A stretch of DNA of 64,000 nucleotides from Octopus bimaculoides (taxonomy: Eukaryota): NCBI RefSeq assembly GCF_001194135.2, contig NC_068982.1:46963854-47027853 (forward strand), read 5' to 3'. Below, in pieces: positions 49,840-62,409 of this stretch; within the stretch, counting starts at the first letter, position 1, and each line of letters starts with the position of its first letter. Below the pieces are notes generated by a model. That model was not told the DNA's origin, did not search any database, and saw only the letters and a list, made by a program, of their open reading frames with translations. A program made the position numbers and the translations under genes.

Positions 49840-50289
49840 CTCTATAGTTTCTGTACATAACTACTGTATTGTACATATACTGAGTTATTTTATTTACAAC
49901 AAATGTATGTGCATGTGTGCAGATATTCATATGCATGTGTGTGTGTGTGTACAAAGATACATATCTGCTTGTAAATGATAGTATTATACAATGTAGTTTG
50001 TATTTTTTGTTGGTTTTTTTTTTTGGTTTTTTGGCAGACCGCCACACAACAGTTACTACACACATATAGCTATATGTACATATGCACACACAAACTGAAT
50101 ACGCTAAGCAAATGAGCAGAGAAACCAGATTTACGCCGATCCATTGAGAGCCACCACACTAGATGTGATTACCATTGTTGTTGTCGCTGTTGCTCTTTGA
50201 TTTCAGATCAATTCCAATTAGGTAGATCAATAATCAAAGCGAAGGATCAAAGGTCCTTCCCATGCAATAGGTACACAAGGCAGGTTCCT

Positions 50290-50770
50290 TAGATTCCATG
50301 GCATTTATATATTCCACCCCAGAATGGGACACTGGTCAGCCGCAGGATCACTCATGTTTGATAGCTGAGCAGACTGGAGCAGCGTGAAATGAAGTGTTTT
50401 GCTCAGGAGCACAATGCATTGCCCGTTCCAGGAATTGAAACCACAATCTTAGGATCCTGAGTGCAATATTCTAACCACTAAGCCATAAGGTAAATGTAAA
50501 AGTCATCTTCTCCAGTCATACCGATTCATAAAGGCCAGTTTCCTGGTTTCAATGGTGTATATATTCCCCACCTGGAAGAGACACCAGTTCGTTACAGGGT
50601 TACTCATTTTTGCCAGTTGAGTGAACTGGAACAACATGAAATGAAGTGTTTTGCTCAAGAACACAACGTGTTATCTGGTCCAGGAATTGAAATCACAATC
50701 TTGCAATCAAGAATCCTGTACCCTTACCACTAAGCCATGCACCTACACACCACAAAGCCATGTACTTACA
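50290..50770 (-). mobile_element. Two tandem family C SINEs
   Basis: AGCTGAG..GACTGGAGCA..TGAAATGAAGTGTTTTGCTCA occurs twice. Confidence 0.75.
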
Positions 50771-51453
50771 CCAATCAAAGTAGCTCCAGCAAAATTCTGT
50801 CTTGTCTTTAATTTTTCTTGAGACAGTAGGGTGTGATTTGAGGGAGATTCAGTTACCATTTCAGGTAAGCCAAACAATCACACATACAGCTTCTTGTTGT
50901 TGTCACTGTTGTTTAACCCTAGGTATGAGACATAATGTCACAGCTGTTTCGGTGCTGCCTATCTAAAGTCACTGATTCAATGCTGATTTATTTCACATCA
51001 GATAGTTTAATATTTCTCTTGTTCTTGCCCTTTCTTTCTCTCTCACTCTTCTCTCTTTCCCTCTCTTACTCATCTCTCTCTCTCTATTCCTCTCTCTCTC
51101 TCTCTCTCTGTTTCTCTCTCTCTCTCTCTCTGTTTATGTTTCTCTTAATATGTATGAAGAGAGGAAAATGTTAAGTGTATATGTCAATATGTTCATAATT
51201 CACCTCTCTCTCTCTCTCTCTTTCTTTTTGTTGGTGTGTGATGTTTCTCTTTAGGTGTATGAGGAGAGGGGAACTGTATCTGTCAGCATGTTCATAATGC
51301 CTCTCTCTCACTCACTCACTCACTCAATCAATCAATCAATCAATCACTCCCTCTCTCTCTTTCTATCTATATTTATCTATCTATTTGTCTGTCTCTCTGT
51401 ATAACAATATAGATATATAACAATTACAAACAATACAGATAGTTATTTTTTGC

Positions 51454-51497
<44 letters not shown>

Positions 51498-51628
51498 TAG
51501 ACAGACTGTTGTCATCATAGTAATTAAGGAGACTTTCACTACATAACAGTCTACTATTAAAAGAAAATACTTGCATGACTAACAAATATTTTTACTGGCA
51601 GTGTAGTGACAGATAAAGACATAGCATA

Positions 51629-51990
51629 TCATCATCATCATCATTTAACGTCTGTTGTCCATGCTGGCATGGATTAAACAGTTCAACTGAAACTGGTAAG
51701 CTGGAGAGCTATACCAGGTTCCAATCTGATTTGGCATGGTTTCTGCAGCTGGATGTCCTTCTTAACACCATCCACTCCAAGAGTGTAATGAGTGTCTCTT
51801 ACATGCTACTAGCACAGGTGCCATTTACTGGCAACATGCGATGGACTTCCTTCACTTTCCATCTACTAAATCCACTCACAGGGCTTTGGTCAACCCAGGG
51901 ATATAGCACTTACCCAAGGTATCACAGTAGAACTGAACCTAAAACCATGTGGCTGGGAAACAAACCTCTCACCCTTGCAGTCATGCCTAC
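51629..51990 (-). mobile_element. RTE tail plus family A SINE head
   Basis: Motifs as in the other copies. Confidence 0.7.
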
Positions 51991-52370
51991 AAGTATTGTA
52001 AAGGTACTATCACAAAGAGATAGGTAGAATGATAGAAAACAAAAATGGCAAATAATTCACCAGCCAGAGAGAAGAATCAATGAATTGATTAGCTATTGCT
52101 TTTTATTTGCATGATACAAGGAAGTATAGCAGGTGTTGTGGACAGCAAAACATTACAAGATGGATTGGAAATTCACCAGGGAAAAAAATTACTGTATTAT
52201 CCAGCATATAAGTCAAATTCTTTAGACCAAAATTTGCAGCCTAAAAAAGGTAGGTTGACTTATATACGAAGACAACTTTGGAAGATGAAAAATTCCATGT
52301 GAAATGCAGCAGGATTTGGAAAGAGAGTGACAATGATTGAATGTTTACACTACATGTTTACACTGTAAAC

Positions 52371-52657
52371 CAGTACTACTCAAAGTACTGGTCCGCGAGC
52401 CATCAGCTGCTGGTACACAGTGAGTTTCCAGAAAAGAAAGAAATATTATAAAATGCTTATAAAATGCTTACGAAATATTGTATTATTTGTTTACAAAATA
52501 AATGTAAGATAAAAAAAAATTGTCAACTTTTATTATATTCATTATATATATTGTTTCCGGTATAAATTAATATTACTAAGAAATATTATCGGTACCCGGA
52601 ACATTGGAAAAAAAAAAAACTGCCAGTACGCCACATCAGATAGTTTGAGAAGCATTG
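52371..52657. mobile_element. hAT MITE (third family)
   Basis: TIR CAGTACTACTCAAAGT / AGTTTGAGAAGCATTG; TSD CTGTAAAC/CTGTATAC. Confidence 0.75.
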
Positions 52658-53140
52658 CTGTATACTACATCAATGTGTATACTGGAAAATTTGGTATCCC
52701 TGTTTCATGAGTTGAATGCAAAATGAGAATTTACAAAATTTATATCTACACTAATGACTATATAGACAAGAGTACATATTTGTACCCATGATTATATACA
52801 TTAGACTCTATACCTCTACCCAAGACAATATGCACAAGAGTATATACCATATTTTCCAGCATACAAATTGAATTCTTTAAACCAAAATTTACAGCCAAAG
52901 ATGACAGGTCAATTTAAACACCAAGATGACTTTGGAGGACCAAAACTTCCGTGTGTAATGCATTGAGATTTGTAAAGATAGTGACAATGATTGAATGTTT
53001 ACACCTACATGTTTACACCTACATGTTTACACCTACATGTTTACACTATATAGTATGTCAATTTGTATGTCAGAAAATATGGTTATATTGCTTTAACGAT
53101 GAGATGAATTCTTTTAGTTCTGTGTTATGATTCTTTCTAA

Positions 53141-53570
53141 TTTAGTCACAAGGCCAGCAATTTTAAAGGGAAGGCAGAGGGGGTGGGAAGTCAATTACAT
53201 CAACCCCAGTACTTGACTGGCACCTATTTCATCAACCCTGAATGGATAAAAGACAAAGACGGCCTTAGCAATGTGTGAACTCAGAATGTAAAGGAAAAAT
53301 GCTGCTAAGCATTTTGTCCAACATGTTCATGATTCTTCCAGTTTTCAACCTCAACCCCAAGTCATCATCATCATCATCGTTTAACTCCGTTTTCCATGCT
53401 GGCATGGGTTGGACAGTCTGACTGAGGACTGGCAAGCCAGTAGGTTGCACCAGGCTTCAGTCTGATCTGACAAGATTTCTGCAGCTGGATGCCCTTCCTA
53501 ATACCAACCACTCTGAGAGTGTAGTGGATGCTTTTTATGTGCCACCAGCATGGGAGCCAATCAGGTGGTG
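53141..53570 (-). mobile_element. Family B SINE plus RTE tail
   Basis: Motifs as in the other copies. Confidence 0.75.
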
Positions 53571-53630
53571 CTTGCAAGTCATAGTATAAAAGAGAATATA
53601 CACATATAAGATTGAGTATGCAGAGAATTC

Positions 53631-53697
<67 letters not shown>

Positions 53698-53959
53698 CAG
53701 GCTTCTTTTCATTTTCTCTCTTTCAATTCCACTCATAAGGCTGTAGTAGAATACAGTAGACACTTAGCTTGGGGCTGTAGTAAAAGACACTTGCCCAAGG
53801 AGCCAAAGAGTGGAATTGAACCCAAAACCATGTGGTTGGGATGTAAACTTCCTGACTATACAGTCTCACCTGCACTTAGTTATAGTAAAACCAGTTTAAA
53901 ACAAAGTTAAGACTAATACTAAATAGATTCCAGTATGTATTTATAAGAAGACAAAGAAT

Positions 53960-54250
53960 TACAAATTTCTTATTTCTTACATGACAGTTACGAGCCAAAT
54001 TCTTTGAAAAGGACCTAACTCAGGCTTTTGATTTAAAAAGGCCTTTTGATGGAACTCTGCATTCTATAATCTGGTATTCATAATTGAGAAATAAAATTTT
54101 CGATGTATGGTCCATGTGATTTGCCAATGCCATGCAGAAATATGGGAAAATGGCTAAAATATAAAATCAGGATTATCAGCATATTCAATAGACACTTAAG
54201 TTTCTGATCAGATTACAACAAGGCTCTTTTCTTAGATGTATTGCCGGTGG
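53960..54250 (+). mobile_element. Decayed LINE reverse-transcriptase fragment
   Basis: AFDLKRPFD..LHSIIW (cf. FxDLxKAFD) and RLQQGS motifs. Confidence 0.5.
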
Positions 54251-54476
54251 ATGTTAAAATCATTTCAAAGGCATTTGAATTGCAGAATTTACTGTAGGAA
54301 GTAAGTCATATTTTTGAGTGGAGGAAAGTTAAGAAGCTTCGTAATAACAATGCAGCTGAATATAACTCCAAACAAGTATTCAAACATCTACAAATCACTA
54401 AGGAGACAACCATACTCAGTGATCATCATAATCATAATCATTTTAACATCTTTTTTTACAATACTGCATGGGTCAG

Positions 54477-54529
<53 letters not shown>

Positions 54530-54604
54530 CAAAGAATATATATACATGTATACACACATATATGTACATACTTACATCTACATGTGTATATACATGCATA
54601 TCAG

Positions 54605-54730
54605 GGTACAGGACGTTAGAACAATAAACTACAGACAACGGAACAAACACACAGGAAAACGGAAAGCCACTTGGAATATCCCTTCATCAGCTGTCTCTAT
54701 TCTATCTAGACGTTTCGAAGACAAGACAGT
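54605..54730 (-). mobile_element. Putative Penelope-like terminal remnant
   Basis: Minus strand CGAAACGTC...CTGATGAAGG...GTCCTGTA; the end resembles the arms of 40444-40680. Confidence 0.35.
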
Positions 54731-54731
54731 A

Positions 54732-54773
<42 letters not shown>

Positions 54774-55416
54774 GCATACAAGTTGCAGGTATGTGGTTAA
54801 GAAGTTTGCATTATGACTACATGGTTTCAGGTTCAATCCCACTGTGTAGCAGTTTGGGTATGTCGTACTATAACTCCAGGCCAACCAAAGATTTGTAGGT
54901 AGATTCAGCAGACGGAGACTGAAAGAAACTTCTGTTTATGAGTGTGTATATAAAACAATGATAATGATCATCATGCTAATATATATATATATATATATAT
55001 ATATACCATAAAAAGTCAGGAGGTATAAGAATAATGACGATGTGACCTAACTTATTGTATTTAGAATATTAATTCCGATTCTTTAATTCAAGAAATTTGG
55101 AATTGTGTAAATGTATGAATTTTAAACATACACACGCACACACACACAGAGAAATCTGCCTTTTATAGATAAGATAAATTTTAACAAAACCTTGTAAGGA
55201 CCCTCAAAGGTCATATGAACCCCAAGTGAAAGCCACTGATGGAAATTGTGTCTAAGATAGATGCAAACAGGAGTACACAGAGGTTTCAAGGTGTAGGATT
55301 ACAGAATCATGCAGTCATTAGCCAGTAGCAACTTGAATATATGTAAAAAATGATTCAGGCATTAAATATGATAGACTTGAACGTTATACATAAACAGGTT
55401 TAAGTATTTTACAAAT

Positions 55417-56250
55417 AGTAGAGTATCTAGATATGGTCTAATACATTCTCTATTACTAAGGTGAGACCAAATTATGGTTAACTGATGTAGGGAATTACTC
55501 ATTTGTATTGATTTAGGTTAAAGTCTATTAATTTAGGTTTAATAATTAAGTAAAAAAAGAAGGTAAGAAAGAGAAAGAAAAAAAGAAAAGAAGGGGTGAT
55601 GATAAAACAGCAGAAGATGGAGGAGAGTAGGTGAAGGGCCACATACCCCATGATAAATGGTGAGCTCAGCTACGCCCTGTGGTAATGACCATGTTGGCAA
55701 TGCCACAGAGAATGGTTAGTGACACTCACTGCAGCAACCACTCCATCTCGTGGGGGAGTCATTTCTCAGATGGGCCACTATTATCCCTATTTTGAGATGG
55801 AAATTAGTAGTATGGGGTCTGAGAACACCAGACGCTTCCAAGGCAACTAGCACAAACTGATAGTGGCCAGCCAGATCCCTGTATGTATTGATCTCTCTCT
55901 TAAGTGTAAGCTCAGATATAGTTAGCATATAAAAACTGTTTATATTAAAGGTGCTAGCATCAATGGGAAATACATAGTTTTGCAGATAGCAGACTGTTTT
56001 AATATGGTCTAATACATTATCTATCACTAAGGTGAAAATAAATTATAGTTTACAAGGTAGGGAATTATTCAATTGTATTGATCTAGGCAGTAGAATGTCT
56101 GGATATGGTTTAATACATTATCAATTAGTAAGGTAAGACCAAATTATTGTTAACCAAGGTAGGAAATTAGTTAGTATACAAGAACAATTTACATTTAAGT
56201 GCTGGCATTAATGGGTAATAAAGTATTCTTACAGATAGCAGAATGTCTGC
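55417..56250. repeat. Dispersed/tandem ~90-100-bp repeats
   Basis: ATATGGT(C/T)TAATACATT..ACTAAGGT..CAAATTAT at about 55430, 56003 and 56103; a second ~70-bp repeat at about 55930 and 56178. Confidence 0.8.
55660..55990 (-). mobile_element. CRE-like retroelement RLE endonuclease fragment
   Basis: KREINTYRDLAGHYQFVLVALEASGV (cf. KxxKYxxLxxxYxFxPxAxETxG). Confidence 0.5.
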
Positions 56251-57767
56251 TGTTTGTAAGAATATATATAGCAAAGAACTTCATGAATATTTGGAAAACT
56301 GTAAGTTGAAGACATATGAAGAATTATTCAGAAAAGCAGACTGTTAGAATTATAGTACAAAGAAATCACTTTAGAAATATGGAGACACCTTGATCAATGG
56401 CTTTTCTGCCTGGGTATTATACAGTTGAGAGAATCATAACTGCGACATTTGAAATAGGGTCTAAAAGCATATAATATAACTATATAGCCATTCTGGCGAT
56501 GGCACTTCATACCATCATTGTCAAATTTAGAGAATAGGAACAGGAATTGGATTGATTATAACCACTACAGAACAGGGTATAATCTTTTTTGAAGCAGAGT
56601 GGATGAAATTTCTCCTATTGGTTATTGGAAAGTGGATCCTTGAACGTTTCTTTTTTTTATTGGGAAGTAGATTCCTGAACGTTTTTGTGTGGCTTTGTCA
56701 GTAATAATTGGTAATTTCAACATGAAGATGAGAAAAATTATTGATATCGATGACAAGATGATTGATAAATTATGTCAAATCTATGAATCAATATTTAAGC
56801 CTGTATTAGAGAATTGCAATGTGTATGGTAAGGCATTTTTGCAAACATTTGCTGGATTTCAAACCAATTTTTCACGAAATAATTCGGAAGTTTCGAAACA
56901 CCAAAGCAGGTGAGAAAAGATGTCATTTTGTAATATGACTGTTTTGCATAGGTTTTTGGTCTTTGTCATGTAACTTGCACCTGACATGCAATCTTGTGCA
57001 TAATACAAATATTAAAAACTGAAAGAAAATGATACAGTATTTATATTCTTCTACATTCCTTACCGATTTTTTTTGCTCCTGTTCAGTCATGTAATTACAC
57101 TGTCTTAAATAAACAAGATGATTAAATAAAACATCCTACCTCAAAATAACCCCACAAAAAATGCACAATCTCTGATCTATTTTTAAATACATTATATGGT
57201 AACTCAGTTGCAGGAAGTGACAGCAAAAAAGATACTGTGTGCCATAAGAATTGACAAATCAAAACACAAATAGAATATAGCTGTGCTCTAACAAAGTAAA
57301 TTTCTGTCTTGTGATTTGGAGTTCAAATTTCATTGTGTGTAATTCTAAGGGCCAGACTTGGTGCATTGATTTTACGTGATAATCCCTTTAAGGTTACACA
57401 TGTCAATAGAATACTCAGAGTCTTCCAGCATTAATTTTATCTCAGAAAATTTCACAGCATCATGTTTTCTATGGGGTATATGCATTTAGTATGATACATA
57501 GATGGTGATTTTAATTTAATGACATTTCAGTTATATACACCTACATATATCATCATTATAATTTGTATATAGATTCATGTTTATGTAAACTTAGGTTCAA
57601 GACATGCAAACATGTCAAATTCATCTATTTCCTTGTTGATGGTTAAAATGATGAACAGCATTAATTGATCATCACCCTTATTGGTGTCTCATCAGAGGAG
57701 TCTATATCATTTAACTGATCTCAGATAGCAATCGAGTCAATGGAAGCATTCAATGTCACTCTGTCCC

Positions 57768-58332
57768 AAAAATGTGCATCAAGTGAAGTCCAATATCAAG
57801 ACGATGCTGATTTGTTTCATTGATGCGAAAGGAGTTGGCCACACTGAACTTGCTCCTCCTGGTCAAACTGCTAACCAGACATTCTACTTGGTAGTTCTGA
57901 AGCATTTGTGAGATGTGGTGAGATGGAAATGCCCTGAACTGTGACAAAGTGGAGAGTGGCGGTTTCATCACGACAATGCGCCTGTGCATACCGCCTTGAG
58001 TGCGAGACAAAAATGGCATGACCTCGCTAACCCACCTTCCCTATTCGCCCAATCTTGCTCCCTGCAACTTTTTTCTGTTCTCCCAAATGAAAAAATTCCT
58101 TACAGGAAAACGTTTTGCAGATGTGGAAGATGTGAAGAAAAAAACAATACAGGTGTTAAAAGGTATCCCTTTGCAAGAGTTCCAGGACTGCTTTAAACAG
58201 TAGAAAACACATCTGGACCAATGCATTGCTTCAAATGAAGAATACTTTGAAGTCGATAAAAGTGTAAACATGTAAAACTAAGTGAAGAAAATAACTTTGC
58301 AAAATTCCGGTTTTTGGGGGGGTACTCCCTTG
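57768..58332 (+). mobile_element. Mariner (DD34D) transposon 3' portion
   Basis: TMLICFIDAKG, HHDNAPVH, PYSPNLAPCNFFLF and KRFADVEDVK motifs; ends ...TACTCCCTTG|TA. Confidence 0.9.
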
Positions 58333-58345
58333 TACATATATTATA

Positions 58346-58500
58346 GGTGAGGCTGTGTGGCAAGAAGCTTGCTTCCTAACCACATGGTTCGGGTTTCAGT
58401 CCCACTACATGACACCTTGGACAAGTGTCTTCTTCTATAGCCTCGGGCCAACCAAAGCCTTGTGAGTGGATTTGGCAGACAGAAAATGAAAGAAGCCCAT
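58346..58500 (+). mobile_element. Family A SINE head
   Basis: GGCTGTGTGG..GGTTCGGGTTTCAGTCCC..CCTTGGACAAGT. Confidence 0.85.
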
Positions 58501-59212
58501 CATATATATATATATATATNNNNNNNNNNNNNNNNNNNNNNNNNNNNNNNNNNNNNNNNNNNNNNNNNNNNNNNNNNNNNNNNNNNNNNNNNNNNNNNNN
58601 NNNNNNNNNNNNNNNNNNNNNNNNNNNNNNNNNNNNNNNNNNNNNNNNNNNNNNNNNNNNNNNNNNNNNNNNNNNNNNNNNNNNNNNNNNNNNNNNNNNN
58701 NNNNNNNNNNNNNNNNNNNNNNNNNNNNNNNNNNNNNNNNNNNNNNNNNNNNNNNNNNNNNNNNNNNNNNNNNNNNNNNNNNNNNNNNNNNNNNNNNNNN
58801 NNNNNNNNNNNNNNNNNNNNNNNNNNNNNNNNNNNNNNNNNNNNNNNNNNNNNNNNNNNNNNNNNNNNNNNNNNNNNNNNNNNNNNNNNNNNNNNNNNNN
58901 NNNNNNNNNNNNNNNNNNNNNNNNNNNNNNNNNNNNNNNNNNNNNNNNNNNNNNNNNNNNNNNNNNNNNNNNNNNNNNNNNNNNNNNNNNNNNNNNNNNN
59001 NNNNNNNNNNNNNNNNNNNNNNNNNNNNNNNNNNNNNNNNNNNNNNNNNNNNNNNNNNNNNNNNNNNNNNNNNNNNNNNNNNNNNNNNNNNNNNNNNNNN
59101 NNNNNNNNNNNNNNNNNNNNNNNNNNNNNNNNNNNNNNNNNNNNNNNNNNNNNNNNNNNNNNNNNNNNNNNNNNNNNNNNNNNNNNNNNNNNNNNNNNNN
59201 NNNNNNNNNNNN

Positions 59213-59500
59213 AAAAATACAAATTCAGAATAAAAGGCAGTATATAAAAGTAAAGTAAAAAAAATTAAATTAAAATAATAAAAAAGAATGCCAAATAATC
59301 AGAAAAATATAAAAGTAAATACTAAAGAAAAAAATAAATAATTTTTTTCTTTGACAAAAAGTTTGTCAAAGAATTCAGAGAAAAAACAGTATCTAAAAGT
59401 AAAGTAAAAAAAAAAGTAAAATCAAAATAAAATAAAAAAAGAATGCCAAATAATCTCAAAAATATGAACGTAAATACCAAAAAAAAACAAACAATGAAAT
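59213..59500. repeat. A-rich ~150-bp tandem duplication
   Basis: AATTCAGA..CAGTAT.TAAAAGTAAAGT..GAATGCCAAATAATC occurs twice. Confidence 0.8.
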
Positions 59501-59621
59501 AAATTATTTGCCATAGAAATAAGACATGGGTATTAAAATGGAACGAATTTCTAAAGAGAGATAGGTCAATCAGTCAAATATTAATTCAAGTGATTACTAA
59601 AATAAATGAATAAATAAATAA

Positions 59622-59818
59622 TCCTTTCTACTAAAGGCAGGAGGCCTGAAATCTCAGATGGGGGTAGGGGTGGACTAATTGATTCACTGGTACTTAATTT
59701 ATTAATCCCAAAAGGATGAAAGGCAAAGTGGAATCTGAACTCAGAAAACAAAGACAGATGAAATGCTGTTAAGCATTTTACCTGGCGTGCTAACGATTTT
59801 GCCAGCTTGCCACCTTAA
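59622..59818 (-). mobile_element. Family B SINE
   Basis: Meta-like core on the minus strand. Confidence 0.75.
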
Positions 59819-61398
59819 ATGAATAAATAATGAAAAGACATATGGTCAGTAGGGAAGATGAGGATATAAAGGGTGAACAAAATAAGGTTTAAACGAAAGT
59901 CCTGGGGTTGATTTGCTCGACTAAAGGTGGTGCTCAAGCATGGCCACAGTCAAATGAGTGAAACAAGTAAAAGAGTAAAAGAGAAAGATCAGAGACAGAA
60001 AGGCTTGCATGAGTTGTTAGAATTTCATGCCCTGCAGATTTTAAGGGATAGCAGTGTTTTTATAATATATAGGCATTGCAGAATTTCTTTTAGTTGAGAC
60101 AGAGGTGACTCCAGGGCATCAGTGTCACCTGGGCTCATCACAGATTTCGCATAAGACACATGCCTGCTCAAAGAATTTCATGTTTTTCCACAATATTTCA
60201 AGCCCCAAATGGCTTATTTTTTAATATCTAGCTCTATGTCTTTCTTCATTTCTAAGTTAAGGGTAAAAATAAAGCAACCCTGCAAAACACAACTGATCTT
60301 TACACACAGATGCACAGAATAACAGCAATCAAATAACAATAGCAGGGTGCACAACAAACATCAGTAATCTGACTGTTGCCTGTACTCCTGACATGAGATG
60401 ACAGTTAGTCTTTTACACCTACTAGGCTCGTTCATATNNNNNNNNNNNNNNNNNNNNNNNNNNNNNNNNNNNNNNNNNNNNNNNNNNNNNNNNNNNNNNN
60501 NNNNNNNNNNNNNNNNNNNNNNNNNNNNNNNNNNNNNNNNNNNNNNNNNNNNNNNNNNNNNNNNNNNNNNNNNNNNNNNNNNNNNNNNNNNNNNNNNNNN
60601 NNNNNNNNNNNNNNNNNNNNNNNNNNNNNNNNNNNNNNNNNNNNNNNNNNNNNNNNNNNNNNNNNNNNNNNNNNNNNNNNNNNNNNNNNNNNNNNNNNNN
60701 NNNNNNNNNNNNNNNNNNNNNNNNNNNNNNNNNNNNNNNNNNNNNNNNNNNNNNNNNNNNNNNNNNNNNNNNNNNNNNNNNNNNNNNNNNNNNNNNNNNN
60801 NNNNNNNNNNNNNNNNNNNNNNNNNNNNNNNNNNNNNNNNNNNNNNNNNNNNNNNNNNNNNNNNNNNNNNNNNNNNNNNNNNNNNNNNNNNNNNNNNNNN
60901 NNNNNNNNNNNNNNNNNNNNNNNNNNNNNNNNNNNNNNNNNNNNNNNNNNNNNNNNNNNNNNNNNNNNNNNNNNNNNNNNNNNNNNNNNNNNNNNNNNNN
61001 NNNNNNNNNNNNNNNNNNNNNNNNNNNNNNNNNNNNNNNNNNNNNNNNNNNNNNNNNNNNNNNNNNNNNNNNNNNNNNNNNNNNNNNNNNNNNNNNNNNN
61101 NNNNNNNNNNNNNNNNNNNNNNNNNNNNNNNNNNNNNNNNNNNNNNNNNNNNNNNNNNNNNNNNNNNNNNNNNNNNNNNNNNNNNNNNNNNNNNNNNNNN
61201 NNNNNNNNNNNNNNNNNNNNNNNNNNNNNNNNNNNNNNNNNNNNNNNNNNNNNNNNNNNNNNNNNNNNNNNNNNNNNNNNNNNNNNNNNNNNNNNNNNNN
61301 NNNNNNNNNNNNNNNNNNNNNNNNNNNNNNNNNNNNNNNNNNNNNNNNNNNNNNNNNNNNNNNNNNNNNNNNNNNNNTATATACATATGCATATATAC

Positions 61399-61560
61399 GA
61401 CAGGCTTCTTTCAGTTTCCATATACCAAATCCACTAACAAGCCTTTGGTCGACCCGAGGCTATAGTAGAAGACACTTGCCCAAGGTGCCACGCAGTGGGA
61501 CTGAACCCAGGACCATGTGGTTGGTAAGCAAGCTACTTACCACACAGCCATTCCTGCACC
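61399..61560 (-). mobile_element. Young family A SINE head
   Basis: CpG-rich; CCCAAGGTGCCACGCAGTGGGACTGAACCC. Confidence 0.85.
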
Positions 61561-61571
61561 TATAAATACAT

Positions 61572-62022
61572 GAAGACAGACGAAATATAGTTAAGCATTA
61601 CACCTGGCGCGCTACAGTTTCTGCCAGCTAGCCGCCTTAATGTTTTGGACTCAATTGCTGCTGAAGTCAACTTTGCCTATCATTCTTTCAGGGTCACAAA
61701 ATAAGTACCAGTTGAATCCTGGGGGTCGATCCAATTGTCTTACCCCTCCCCCAAAATTGCTGGCCTTGTGCCAAAGTTTGAAACCAATATTTTAAATAGT
61801 CCTAGACTGGTGAGCTGGCAGAAGTGTTAGCATGCTGGACAAAATGTTCAGTGGCATTTTGTCCTTTACATTCTGAGTTCAAATTCTGCAACAGTCAGCT
61901 TTGCCTTTCATCCTCTTGAGGTTGAAAAAATAAGTACCAGCTGAGCACTGGGGTCGATGTAATTGATTTAACTACCACCATCTTGAAATTGCTGGCCATG
62001 TGCCAACATTTGAAACCAATAT
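61572..62022 (+). mobile_element. Two family B SINEs; the first has an inverted head
   Basis: 61572-61640 is the head in minus orientation, 61650-61790 the body in plus; the second copy spans 61805-62022. Confidence 0.7.
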
Positions 62023-62074
62023 TTTAAATAATACCACAGTGTCACATGCTTGCATTCATATACTTCAGTTTTCG

Positions 62075-62356
62075 GTAAATGCTGGCATTAGAACTGGCAA
62101 CAAGGCATAGAACCCATGCTAAAACAGGCATTGGTGCTCAATGCAGTCCCTCGACTTCCTAGATCCTGCCATACTATCTAACCCATACCAGCATGGAAGA
62201 CAGAAGTTAAATAATGATGATGATTATGATAATGATGATGATGATGGCAATGACAATGATAACGATAATGATGATAATAATGATAATGAAGATGATGATG
62301 ATAATGGTGATGATGACAATGATGTCAATGACAACAATGATGATGATGACGATGAA
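62075..62356 (+). mobile_element. RTE tail with long (GAT/GAC/AAT)n
   Basis: ACCCATACCAGCATGGAAGACAGAAGTTAAAT followed by the triplet tail. Confidence 0.7.
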
Positions 62357-62409
62357 AACCAGGAGAATAAAATTAAATGTAATTCAAAAAGTTTATCTTA
62401 ACTTTAATG

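Noticed and set aside
53988-54075. Apparent exon LRAKFFEKDLTQAFDLKRPFDGTLHSIIW after a good acceptor
   Set aside because: Better explained as the RT motif FxDLxKAFD, with a QQGS motif downstream.
57672-57712. Minus-strand CTGATGA followed by a CACC/GGTG stem
   Set aside because: There is no GAAA after the stem, so it is not a hammerhead.
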